This document shows, in pieces, positions 9,232 through 21,096 of a DNA stretch of 64,000 bases. The DNA comes from Porticoccaceae bacterium (GTDB lineage Bacteria > Pseudomonadota > Gammaproteobacteria > Pseudomonadales > Porticoccaceae). The position numbers were made by a program, and so were the translations under genes. Where the stretch lies: positions 1,546 to 65,545 of the forward strand of contig JBNAAJ010000005.1 in NCBI GenBank assembly GCA_049631145.1, given 5' to 3'. The first letter of the stretch is position 1, and every line of letters starts with the position of its first letter. The notes under the pieces were generated by a model. It was not told the DNA's origin. It made no database searches and worked only from the letters and a program-made list of their open reading frames with translations.

Positions 9232-9828
9232 ATGTTCTCACAAAACCTCGATAAAAATGTTCTCGGATTGACCACAAATCCTGCCTTATTGATAGTTGAT
9301 ATGATCAGAGGGTTTACTGATCCGCAGTGTCCGCTGGGAACGCACTGTCCAGAGGTGGTTAGCGCCAATCTTGAACTTTTGCAGGCTTTTCGGCATAAAG
9401 GATTACCAATATTCTTCACCACGGTGGTTTATCACCATGCTCATCAGGCGGCAGTTTTTCGTCGCAAAGTGCCAGCCCTCAATGTATTACAGCCAGAATC
9501 GTTATGGGTGGCCGTTGATCCGCAGTTAGATCGGCGGGATTCAGAATCCTTAATTGAAAAGCAATGGGCTAGTGCCTTCCATAAAACTGATCTTGATCAA
9601 CAGCTTAAATCGCTGGCAGTGGATTCACTTGTTATTACCGGTCTTACCACCAGTGGTTGCGTGCGGGCCACAGCTGTGGATGGGTTGCAAAATGAGTATC
9701 AAGTAGTGATTGCCGAAGAAGCAGTAGGGGATAGAAATCAACAGGCACACAGAGCCAACCTATTTGACTTAAATGCTAAATATGCCGATGTGCAATCAGT
9801 GGGTTGGGTTCTTAAGCACTTGCCCTAA
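9232..9828 (+). CDS. Isochorismatase-family cysteine amidohydrolase (N-carbamoylsarcosine/maleamate amidohydrolase-like)
   Basis: Asp-Lys-Cys triad: LLIVDM, IEK..ASAF..T.L, GLTTSGCVRATAVD; ATG 9232 preferred. Confidence 0.88.
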   Translation: MFSQNLDKNVLGLTTNPALLIVDMIRGFTDPQCPLGTHCPEVVSANLELLQAFRHKGLPIFFTTVVYHHAHQAAVFRRKVPALNVLQPESLWVAVDPQLDRRDSESLIEKQWASAFHKTDLDQQLKSLAVDSLVITGLTTSGCVRATAVDGLQNEYQVVIAEEAVGDRNQQAHRANLFDLNAKYADVQSVGWVLKHLP

Positions 9829-9834
9829 AAGGGA

Positions 9835-10332
9835 TTACAAATTAGCGTAGTTCCCGCGATGAAACAGCAATGGTTTATGGCCCGTGTCATGAAGCTCAAT
9901 AACTCTGCCCACCATAATAACGTGATCACCACCATCATACTGATGCTCAATCGTGCATTGGAAGCAACTGCTGTAGTGAGGCAAAATCGGCACTCCGGCT
10001 AGGCCCTCGTTACAGTCAAGCCCAGCAAAGCGATCTGAGCCGGTCATGGCGAACAGATTGGATAATGGTTGTTGGTCTTCGGCAAGCACATGAATAGCGA
10101 AGGACTGTGCAGCAATAAAATCATCGAAGCAATTGGTTGTGCGACCAATACTCCACAATACCAGTGCTGGCTCGAGAGACACAGAGTTAAAGCTATTGGC
10201 TGTCATACCCACTTTCTGCCCTTGGCGGCCCAGTGCGGTAACAATTGTCACGCCTGTGGCAAAACTACCTAGAGCATTGCGCAGTTCTAGGCTACTAAAT
10301 GAGGGGGAAACGCTGTTTTTGATACTAGACAT
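9835..10332 (-). CDS. Flavin reductase (HpaC/RutF-like)
   Basis: LRNALGSFATGVTIVT, GMTANSFNSVSLEP.LV, GGDH.I..G.V, PLLFHRG.Y. Confidence 0.92.
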   Translation of the reverse strand: MSSIKNSVSPSFSSLELRNALGSFATGVTIVTALGRQGQKVGMTANSFNSVSLEPALVLWSIGRTTNCFDDFIAAQSFAIHVLAEDQQPLSNLFAMTGSDRFAGLDCNEGLAGVPILPHYSSCFQCTIEHQYDGGDHVIMVGRVIELHDTGHKPLLFHRGNYANL

Positions 10333-10470
10333 CAATCTGCTTTTATCTGTAGAAATTTAGGCCGGCAATGATGAGTTGATTGCCCCTTGGTTGCAAGGAT
10401 TCTCGCATAAAAATAGCAATCCCATCTGATATTAGCCTTATTAACATCAGATGGGCGGTAAATTAGGCGT

Positions 10471-13370
<2,900 letters not shown>

Positions 13371-13421
13371 TAGCTTCTCTTTGGTGGTGCATTAGTGCAG
13401 GTACGGTTGCGCTAGAATTAC

Positions 13422-13466
13422 AGATTAAGTTGCTATTTTGACACTGTCAAGATGTGTTGCTACATT
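13422..13466. promoter_or_regulatory. Divergent sigma70 promoters sharing the palindrome TTGACA-C-TGTCAA (probable TetR operator)
   Basis: + strand TTGACA(13438)-17 bp-TACATT(13461); - strand TTGACA(13450)-17 bp-TAATCT(13427). Confidence 0.7.
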
Positions 13467-13472
13467 ACCGAT

Positions 13473-14087
13473 ATGAGCCATGTGAATATCACATCAGTTT
13501 CCCGCCCGACTTATCATCATGGTGATCTGCGTGAGGCGCTATTGCAGGCGGCAAAAGCGCTAATCGCAGAGGCTGGAATTGAAAATTTATCATTGCGCAA
13601 GCTAGCCGAGCGAGCAGGTGTATCGCGCACCGCGCCCTATCATCACTTCTCGGATAAAAATGATCTGCTCTGCGCAATTGCCGCTCAGGGGTTCCGGCGT
13701 AGACATGCTGAAACAGTGGTAATGTTTGAAGATAGAGCACTGACGGCGCGGCAAAAGTTCGAGCAATACATTTTCGGCTATGTGAGATTTGCAGCGAATA
13801 ACCCAGAGCAGTATGAGTTGATGTTTGGACGCAGTATTTGGAAGCAAAAAAAGAGCACCCAAGAATTACGTGATGTCGCTTATCCTTGCTTTCAACATCA
13901 GGTTGAAATGGTGAGTAGTTGGCAAAACTGTGGGCTGCTAAGTGGTGAGAGCGCGCTGAGAACGTCTCAAGTTATCTGGGGTGCCGTGCATGGTATTGCA
14001 AAGTTGTTTATTGATGGTATCTACACCGATGCTGCACAAATTGAGGAAGTTTCTCAACGCGCTGTTGAAATGTTTGTTGAGAATTAG
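13473..14087 (+). CDS. TetR/AcrR family transcriptional regulator
   Basis: YHHGDLREALL..A..LI...G...LSLRKLAERAGVSRTAPYHHF.DK HTH; C-terminal WGAVHG. Confidence 0.93.
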   Translation: MSHVNITSVSRPTYHHGDLREALLQAAKALIAEAGIENLSLRKLAERAGVSRTAPYHHFSDKNDLLCAIAAQGFRRRHAETVVMFEDRALTARQKFEQYIFGYVRFAANNPEQYELMFGRSIWKQKKSTQELRDVAYPCFQHQVEMVSSWQNCGLLSGESALRTSQVIWGAVHGIAKLFIDGIYTDAAQIEEVSQRAVEMFVEN

Positions 14088-14412
14088 CCTTAAGCTAATT
14101 TGCGATATTCCTATATAGAACCCAATGCCTCGCTGTTGCCCCTGTTACGAATATCTGCGGTCTTTCAGATACTGAGATGCAACTTTACTGGTGATGATGT
14201 TGAGTTGAGTTAAATATAGGCTTTTTGCTTCGATTTAACGCTTGTTATTTAATTTGCGCTTTATCGAGCAAATTAGCCAATTAAACCTTACCGAAGAGGT
14301 TGCTGATTGAGCGGTGCTGTGGCAGAATTCACGCCCTTTTTGGCTGACCTTGATATTTCACTTAAAAAGAGCGTCAAGCGTCCCGAAAAACAGTCAAAAA
14401 TTCAAGTTTTAT

Positions 14413-14497
14413 GCGAGTGTGGCGGAATTGGTAGACGCGCTAGATTTAGGTTCTAGTGTCCTAGGATGTGAGAGTTCGAGTCTCTCCACTCGCACCA
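14413..14497 (+). tRNA. tRNA-Leu(TAG)
   Basis: GCGAGTG/CACTCGC acceptor stem, D-loop GGAATTGGTAGAC, anticodon arm CTAGA-TTTAGGT-TCTAG, long variable arm, GTTCGAG T-loop, encoded CCA. Confidence 0.97.
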
Positions 14498-14526
14498 TTT
14501 ATTATTGTTATACACGAGGATGACCT

Positions 14527-15834
14527 ATGCAGGTTTCACTTGAGTCGAGCACCGGCCTAGAGCGACAGTTAAAGATTGGTGTCCCTGCCGACAAGATTGA
14601 TCAGGAAGTAACAGATCGGTTGCAAAAAGCTACCAAGACCGTAAGTATTAAAGGCTTTCGCAAAGGCAAGGTGCCTCTAAAGGTTGTCAAGCAGCATTAT
14701 GGCCGTGGAGTGCGTCAGGAAGTAGTTGGCGAGATCGTCAACTCCAGCTTCTATGAGGCAATCCAGCAAGAAGAGTTGCGTCCAGTAGGGCAGCCGAGAA
14801 TTGACGATATAAAAGACAGTGAAGGCCAAGATCTCGAATACCTTGCGGTATTTGAAGTTTATCCCGAAGTAGCGCTTGCCGATTTAAGCAAGGTAAAGGT
14901 CACGCGTCCCGTTGCAGATGTTACCGAAGCTGATGTAGACAAAATGATTGGCGTGCTGCGTGACCAACAGGCTACATTCGACGTTACTGAAAAAGCCGCG
15001 GAAGAAGGCGATCAGGTTAATATAGATTTCGTCGGTACACACAAGAAAGAGGAGTTTGCTGGCGGTAGTGCCGAGGGCCAAGACTTGGTGCTCGGCTCAA
15101 ACAGTATGATTCCTGGCTTTGAAGATGGCATTGTTGGGCTCAGCGCCGGCGATGAAAGCGTGCTTAAACTCAAGTTTCCAAAAGATTATCATTCTGAAGA
15201 TTTGAAAGGCAAAGCCGTACAGTTCGCTGTTAAAGTGAATTCAGTATCGGTAAAACAAGTGCCTGAGATGGATGATGAGTTCTTTAAGCTATATGGCGTT
15301 GAATCTGGTGGAGAAGAAAAGTTCCGCGAAGATATTGAAGCCAATATGGAGCGTGAACTGAAAAATGCTATCCGAACTAAGATAAAAAATCGTGTGATGG
15401 ATCAACTATTTAAGCTCAATAAAGTTGAGGTCCCCGACGCCTTAGTTGTCAATGAAATCACCCAGCTCAAGCAGCAAATGGTTCAGCAGTTTGGCGGTGG
15501 ACAGCAGATAGATCTGAGCATGTTGCCCGACGACATGTTTAAAGAAAAGGCTGAGCGTCGCGCGGCTCTTGGCGTAATTGTCTCAGAGGTGGTTAAAGTT
15601 GAGGAGTTGTCGCCGGATGAAGATAAAGTGCGTGCTCGCATTGACGAAATAGCCTCCACCTACGAACAGCCACAAGAGGTTGTTGATTATTATTACAGTA
15701 AGCCTGAACTACTGAGTTCAGTCGAGGCGGTGGTTTTAGAAGACCAAGTGACCGAACTGGTGTTGTCCAAAGCGAAGGTTAAAGACGAAACTCAGCCTTA
15801 TGACGAGGTCGTTAAGCCTGATCCAGAGAGCTAA
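14527..15834 (+). CDS. tig: Trigger factor
   Basis: MQVSLE..GLER, ribosome-binding GFRKGKVP, FKBP domain MIPGFEDG; upstream of clpPX. Confidence 0.97.
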   Translation: MQVSLESSTGLERQLKIGVPADKIDQEVTDRLQKATKTVSIKGFRKGKVPLKVVKQHYGRGVRQEVVGEIVNSSFYEAIQQEELRPVGQPRIDDIKDSEGQDLEYLAVFEVYPEVALADLSKVKVTRPVADVTEADVDKMIGVLRDQQATFDVTEKAAEEGDQVNIDFVGTHKKEEFAGGSAEGQDLVLGSNSMIPGFEDGIVGLSAGDESVLKLKFPKDYHSEDLKGKAVQFAVKVNSVSVKQVPEMDDEFFKLYGVESGGEEKFREDIEANMERELKNAIRTKIKNRVMDQLFKLNKVEVPDALVVNEITQLKQQMVQQFGGGQQIDLSMLPDDMFKEKAERRAALGVIVSEVVKVEELSPDEDKVRARIDEIASTYEQPQEVVDYYYSKPELLSSVEAVVLEDQVTELVLSKAKVKDETQPYDEVVKPDPES

Positions 15835-15955
15835 TTTAACGTTTATTTGCTACTGTATTGGCAATCGATCCGTCCCAGCAGCGGGTTGCGTATACAGGAT
15901 GTTGTGAAAAGGCTAGCATAGCCGCTGATTTGGTAGATTATAAAGCGAGGATGCA

Positions 15956-16591
15956 ATGAATTTCCCACCTTCGATAGATTCGAGTGGGCTTCCAGAATTG
16001 GAGGCCAGCGGTTTAGTTCCAATGGTTGTTGAGCAGAGTTCACGAGGCGAGCGAGCCTACGACATCTACTCTCGGCTATTAAAGGAAAGAGTCATCTTTC
16101 TGGTCGGACAGGTCGAAGATCATATGGCCAATCTGATTGTGGCTCAAATGTTGTTCTTGGAGTCAGAAAACCCAGACAAGGATATTCACCTCTATATCAA
16201 CTCTCCGGGTGGTTCAGTCACTGCGGGGTTGTCGATTTACGATACCATGCAGTTTATCAAGCCAGATGTTAGCACCATGTGTATTGGTCAAGCGGCCTCT
16301 ATGGGCGCATTTCTACTCACTGCTGGTGCCAAGGGTAAGCGATTTTGTCTCCCTAACTCGCGTACTATGATCCATCAACCAAGTGGGGGTGCTCAGGGTC
16401 AGGCAACCGACATTCATATTCAGTCGCAAGAGATTCTTAAAATCAAAGAGCGGCTAAATAATCTTATGGCTAAACATACAGGGCAGTCTGTCGATAAAGT
16501 CACTGAGGACACTGAGCGCGATAACTTTATGAGCGCTGAAGAGTCGAAAGACTATGGTTTGATTGATGAGGTGCTGGACAAAAGAGCCTAG
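15956..16591 (+). CDS. clpP: ATP-dependent Clp protease proteolytic subunit
   Basis: [29 protein letters not shown]. Confidence 0.98.
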   Translation: MNFPPSIDSSGLPELEASGLVPMVVEQSSRGERAYDIYSRLLKERVIFLVGQVEDHMANLIVAQMLFLESENPDKDIHLYINSPGGSVTAGLSIYDTMQFIKPDVSTMCIGQAASMGAFLLTAGAKGKRFCLPNSRTMIHQPSGGAQGQATDIHIQSQEILKIKERLNNLMAKHTGQSVDKVTEDTERDNFMSAEESKDYGLIDEVLDKRA

Positions 16592-16678
16592 AGTCGGTAG
16601 TCTTCTAAATTAGTTTGTAAGATTGCGTTTATAAGTAATTGTTTTTAATAGAATTTGCTTGTTCGCTAGGAGAAGTAA

Positions 16679-17971
16679 ATGAGTGATAGTGATACCTTGG
16701 GAGATGGTGGAAAGCTACTTTTCTGCTCTTTTTGTGGTAAAAACCAAAACGAAGTTCGTCGACTGATTGCTGGTCCATCGGTGTATATCTGCGATGAGTG
16801 CGTTGACCTCTGTAACGACATTATCTCTGAAGAAACTCAGGTTACTGAGACCGAAAGCAACGACGACAAACTCCCCGTTCCGACAGAAATTAAAGTGCTG
16901 TTAGATGAGTATGTTATTGGTCAAGAGCGAGCGAAACGTATCCTTTCGGTCGCTGTGTATAACCACTACAAACGTCTGCAGGTTACTGAGCAGGGGGCTA
17001 AGGACAAAACAGCGGTCGAGTTAGGGAAAAGTAACATTCTTCTGATCGGCCCTACTGGTAGCGGCAAAACATTGTTAGCTGAGACTTTGGCCAGAATGCT
17101 GGATGTCCCTTTCACCATCGCTGATGCGACCACTCTGACTGAGGCTGGTTATGTCGGTGAAGACGTTGAAAATATCATCCAAAAGCTACTCCAGAAATGT
17201 GACTATGATGTTGATAAGGCGCAACGTGGTATTGTCTATATCGACGAAATTGACAAGATTTCGCGTAAATCAGATAACCCCTCGATTACCAGAGATGTTT
17301 CAGGCGAAGGTGTTCAGCAGGCGTTACTCAAATTGATTGAGGGTACAGTCGCCTCAGTACCTCCTCAGGGGGGGCGCAAACATCCACAGCAGGAATTTTT
17401 GCAGGTAGACACTTCTAACATCCTGTTTGTGTGTGGAGGTGCGTTTGCTGGCCTAGAAAAAGTGATCCGCGATCGCTCCGAGAAGGGCGGGATTGGTTTC
17501 AGTGCCGAGGTCAACAGTAAAGACAGTCAAAAATCGGTTGGTGAAACGCTGTTGGACGTCGAGCCCAGTGATCTGATTGGTTATGGCTTAATTCCAGAGT
17601 TTATCGGCCGATTGCCAGTGGTAGCTACGTTACAAGAGCTGGATCGTGATGCTTTGGTCAATATTCTGGTGGAGCCTAAAAATGCGCTTTACAAACAGTA
17701 TCAAGCATTATTCGGTATGGAGTCTGTTGAGCTCGATGTGCGTCAGGACGCATTGGATGCGATTGCCGATAAAGCTATTGAGCGTAAGACCGGAGCCAGA
17801 GGTCTTAGATCTATTCTTGAGACTGTGCTGTTGGATACCATGTATAAGGTGCCCGCAGAGCCGGATGTGGTGAAAGTTGTGGTTGATGCAGCGGTGATCA
17901 ACGGAGAGAACGAACCACTGTTGGTCTACGAGCAGCAAGAGCCTAAAAAGGTTGCTTCTGACGAAGGCTAA
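16679..17971 (+). CDS. clpX: Clp protease ATP-binding subunit
   Basis: CSFCGK zinc finger, [23 protein letters not shown] loop. Confidence 0.98.
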   Translation: MSDSDTLGDGGKLLFCSFCGKNQNEVRRLIAGPSVYICDECVDLCNDIISEETQVTETESNDDKLPVPTEIKVLLDEYVIGQERAKRILSVAVYNHYKRLQVTEQGAKDKTAVELGKSNILLIGPTGSGKTLLAETLARMLDVPFTIADATTLTEAGYVGEDVENIIQKLLQKCDYDVDKAQRGIVYIDEIDKISRKSDNPSITRDVSGEGVQQALLKLIEGTVASVPPQGGRKHPQQEFLQVDTSNILFVCGGAFAGLEKVIRDRSEKGGIGFSAEVNSKDSQKSVGETLLDVEPSDLIGYGLIPEFIGRLPVVATLQELDRDALVNILVEPKNALYKQYQALFGMESVELDVRQDALDAIADKAIERKTGARGLRSILETVLLDTMYKVPAEPDVVKVVVDAAVINGENEPLLVYEQQEPKKVASDEG

Positions 17972-17973
17972 AC

Positions 17974-17997
17974 AAGGCGGCGCAAGCCGCCTTTTTT
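17974..17997 (+). terminator. Rho-independent terminator after clpX
   Basis: AAGGCGGC-GCAA-GCCGCCTT followed by T run. Confidence 0.9.
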
Positions 17998-18060
17998 ATA
18001 TCTATCAGTTTTGCTGCTGGGCTCAGCCAAGCAATTAATTCAATAATTTAGCCCTGTGGT

Positions 18061-18089
18061 GGTTGTAATTGTGCTGTCAGGCCCAATCT
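18061..18089 (+). promoter_or_regulatory. Possible sigma32 promoter of lon
   Basis: GGTTGTAA-~13 bp-CCCAATCT resembles CTTGAA-N13-17-CCCCATNT; lon is a classical heat-shock gene. Confidence 0.4.
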
Positions 18090-18152
18090 AACTAAACAAG
18101 GTAAAAAGTCTATCCGATTGTGATAGAACAATAGTCAGATATAGAGGTAATC

Positions 18153-20567
18153 ATGGATTCCAAGCCAGCCGACGACAATACGACAGTCCATCCCCTTCTG
18201 CCATTGCGCGATGTCGTGGTTTATCCCCATATGGTAGTGCCGCTATTCGTCGGTAGGGAAAAGTCTATCTTGGCATTGGAACATGCCATGGAGAGCGACA
18301 AACAGATCGTTCTGGTGGCGCAGAAAAATCCAGCTGAAGATAACCCGAGCCTGCAAGATATCTATCAAGTTGGTACTTTAGCAACCATTCTGCAGATGCT
18401 TAAACTTCCAGATGGAACGCTTAAAGTACTTGTAGAGGGTATCAGTCGCGTCAGTCTTATCGATGCTTATGAGGGTGAGACATTCCTTCATACTGGCAGT
18501 GAGGAACTTGGTGGCGCGGCGCCAGAAGAGGCTGAATTGGATGCTCTCACTCGCTCAACAATGTCGCTGTTTGAACAGTATGTCAATTTGAGTAAAAAAA
18601 TCCCATCAGAGGTGATTACAACGGTCAGTGGTATTGATGATGCTAATCGCCTAGCCGATACCATAGCCTCGCATATGACACTCAATCTAGAGCAAAAGCA
18701 AGATGTGTTGGAGATCGCCAGTTTGACAGAGCGTTTTGAACATCTTATGGGTCTGATGGAATCAGAGATTGACTTGTTCCAGATTGAGAAGAGAATTCGT
18801 GGCCGCGTCAAAAAACAAATGGAGAAGAGCCAGCGAGAGTACTATCTCAATGAGCAGATGAAGGCGATTCAGAAAGAACTTGGGGATATGGATGAATCTG
18901 TCTCCGAATTGGATCAACTGGAAAAGAAAATTGAACAGGTAGGCATGCCTAAAGCGGCGCTTGAAAAAGCGCAGTCGGAGATGGGCAAGCTCAAAATGAT
19001 GTCTCCAATGTCAGCCGAAGCCTCTGTATTGCGCAACTATATTGACTGGATGGTGGGAGTGCCATGGAAGACACGCAGTAGAGTGAAGCATAATCTGGGT
19101 AACGCTGAAAAGTCTCTTAACCAAGATCACCATGGTCTGGAAGAGGTTAAGGAGAGAATTCTTGAGTTTCTGGCAGTGCAGCAACGAGTTAAAAAGCTTA
19201 AAGGCCCTGTGTTATGTTTAGTGGGTCCCCCAGGCGTGGGCAAAACCTCTCTAGGCGAATCTATCGCCAAAGCTACTGGGCGAAAATTTGTGCGCATGAG
19301 TTTGGGTGGCGTGCGTGATGAGTCTGAGATTCGTGGCCATCGCAGAACTTACATAGGCTCTTTACCGGGCAAGTTAATCCAGAAGCTGTCAAAGGTGGGG
19401 ACTAAGAATCCACTGTTTTTGCTAGATGAAATTGACAAGATGGGCATGGATAATCGTGGCGACCCAGCCTCGGCTCTATTGGAGGTGCTGGATCCAGAGC
19501 AGAATCATACTTTTAACGATCATTATCTCGAGGTTGACTACGACCTTTCAGAGGTAATGTTTATCTGCACAGCCAATTCGATGAATATTCCCGGCCCCTT
19601 GCTAGACCGCATGGAAGTCATTCGTATCCCCGGGTATACCGAGGATGAGAAAGTAAAGATTGCAGAGCAGTATCTGGTGCCCAAGCAGCGCAAGGCAAAT
19701 GGATTAAAAGAAGCAGAACTAGATATTACTGAAGACGCGCTAAAGGACACTATTAGATATTACACCAGAGAAGCTGGTGTGCGGAGTTTGGAGCGCGATA
19801 TAGCCAAAATATGCCGCAAAACGGTGACTGAGCATGTGCGAGAAAATCAGGCCTCAACTGATGTTGTAGGACCTGATGAGCTAGAAAATATGCTAGGCGT
19901 GCGCCGCTTTGATTATGGGCGTGCCGAGGCAGAGAATCAGGTAGGGCAGGTAACAGGATTGGCTTGGACTCAGGTCGGTGGAGAGCTACTGACTATTGAG
20001 GCATCTGTGATTCCTGGTAAAGGTAGGGTTATCAAGACCGGTTCACTTGGTGATGTTATGCAGGAATCGATTCAGGCTGCCTTGACCGTGGTGCGCAGTC
20101 GTGCCATGACATTGGGGGTGCGCAAAGACTTCCATCAAGAAAATGATCTGCATATTCATGTTCCTGAAGGGGCTACGCCAAAAGATGGACCTTCGGCCGG
20201 TGTAGGTATGTGTACGGCACTGGTGTCGGTATTAACCGGTATTCCTGTCAAAGCAGACGTCGCTATGACAGGCGAAATTACCTTGCGAGGTCAGGTGCTT
20301 AAGATAGGAGGGCTCAAGGAGAAGTTGTTAGCGGCGCATCGCGGAGGTATCACGACCGTGGTTATTCCTCATGATAATGCTAGTGATTTGAAGGAGATAC
20401 CGGACAATATTAAGGCTGATCTTGAAATACGTCCGGTTAAGTGGATTGATGATGTGCTACAGATTGCACTTCAAGATTTGCCCACTGCCTTAACTGAAGA
20501 GGAGTTCAACCAGAGTGGTAGTGCTGAAAAAAATGCGGATTCAGGCGCTAGGCCAAGTACGCACTAG
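18153..20567 (+). CDS. lon: Lon protease
   Basis: LPLRDVVVYP, GPPGVGKTS, RRTYIG, PKDGPSAG catalytic Ser, GGLKEK catalytic Lys. Confidence 0.98.
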   Translation: MDSKPADDNTTVHPLLPLRDVVVYPHMVVPLFVGREKSILALEHAMESDKQIVLVAQKNPAEDNPSLQDIYQVGTLATILQMLKLPDGTLKVLVEGISRVSLIDAYEGETFLHTGSEELGGAAPEEAELDALTRSTMSLFEQYVNLSKKIPSEVITTVSGIDDANRLADTIASHMTLNLEQKQDVLEIASLTERFEHLMGLMESEIDLFQIEKRIRGRVKKQMEKSQREYYLNEQMKAIQKELGDMDESVSELDQLEKKIEQVGMPKAALEKAQSEMGKLKMMSPMSAEASVLRNYIDWMVGVPWKTRSRVKHNLGNAEKSLNQDHHGLEEVKERILEFLAVQQRVKKLKGPVLCLVGPPGVGKTSLGESIAKATGRKFVRMSLGGVRDESEIRGHRRTYIGSLPGKLIQKLSKVGTKNPLFLLDEIDKMGMDNRGDPASALLEVLDPEQNHTFNDHYLEVDYDLSEVMFICTANSMNIPGPLLDRMEVIRIPGYTEDEKVKIAEQYLVPKQRKANGLKEAELDITEDALKDTIRYYTREAGVRSLERDIAKICRKTVTEHVRENQASTDVVGPDELENMLGVRRFDYGRAEAENQVGQVTGLAWTQVGGELLTIEASVIPGKGRVIKTGSLGDVMQESIQAALTVVRSRAMTLGVRKDFHQENDLHIHVPEGATPKDGPSAGVGMCTALVSVLTGIPVKADVAMTGEITLRGQVLKIGGLKEKLLAAHRGGITTVVIPHDNASDLKEIPDNIKADLEIRPVKWIDDVLQIALQDLPTALTEEEFNQSGSAEKNADSGARPSTH

Positions 20568-20601
20568 GGTTAAACTATTTGAAAAATTTTAAAAAGTAAG
20601 C

Positions 20602-20630
20602 TTGACCGTTGTAAGTGTGGTTGGTATAAA
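20602..20630 (+). promoter_or_regulatory. sigma70 promoter of hupB
   Basis: TTGACC-17 bp-TATAAA preceded by an A/T-rich UP-like tract. Confidence 0.65.
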
Positions 20631-20733
20631 GTTACTTAGAGGGCGCTTATGGCTAGGGATTCCAAGCATCCAGATCAATTTAGCGGCCTTTGAATTCAAC
20701 AGGATCAATCAACTCCAATAAAAGGGGAATACC

Positions 20734-21006
20734 GTGAATAAATCAGAATTAATCGATGCTATCGCTGATGGTGCAGACATCTCAAAAGCTTCAGCTGGAC
20801 GTGCCTTAGATTCCGCGCTAGATGCAATTACAGGCGCTCTAAAAAATGGTGATCAAGTATCACTGGTAGGTTTTGGTACTTATGCTGTGAAACATCGCGC
20901 AGCTCGTGCTGGGCGCAATCCACAGACCGGTGCTGAAATTCAAATCAAAGCAGCCAACGTGCCAAGCTTTAAAGCAGGCAAGGCTCTGAAAGACGCAGTT
21001 AATTAA
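20734..21006 (+). CDS. hupB: DNA-binding protein HU-beta
   Basis: [34 protein letters not shown]; lon-hupB-ppiD synteny. Confidence 0.97.
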   Translation: MNKSELIDAIADGADISKASAGRALDSALDAITGALKNGDQVSLVGFGTYAVKHRAARAGRNPQTGAEIQIKAANVPSFKAGKALKDAVN

Positions 21007-21050
21007 GTTATCAACTGGGGTTTCACTTTAGGGTGATTATCCCTGATTTG

Positions 21051-21077
21051 AAAGGCGCATCAGTGATGCGCCTTTTT
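21051..21077 (+). terminator. Rho-independent terminator after hupB
   Basis: AAAGGCGCATC-AGT-GATGCGCCTTT-TT. Confidence 0.85.
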
Positions 21078-21096
21078 CTTATTAGGACAAAGGCAA

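Noticed and set aside
2563-9828. Creatinine/N-methylhydantoin degradation pathway
   Set aside because: The families fit, but no creatinine deaminase or sarcosine oxidase/dehydrogenase is in the window and the CoA-transferase/lyase pair would be unexplained; not excluded, but unsupported as a call
14314-14523. 69-aa ORF upstream of tig
   Set aside because: Overlaps tRNA-Leu; spurious
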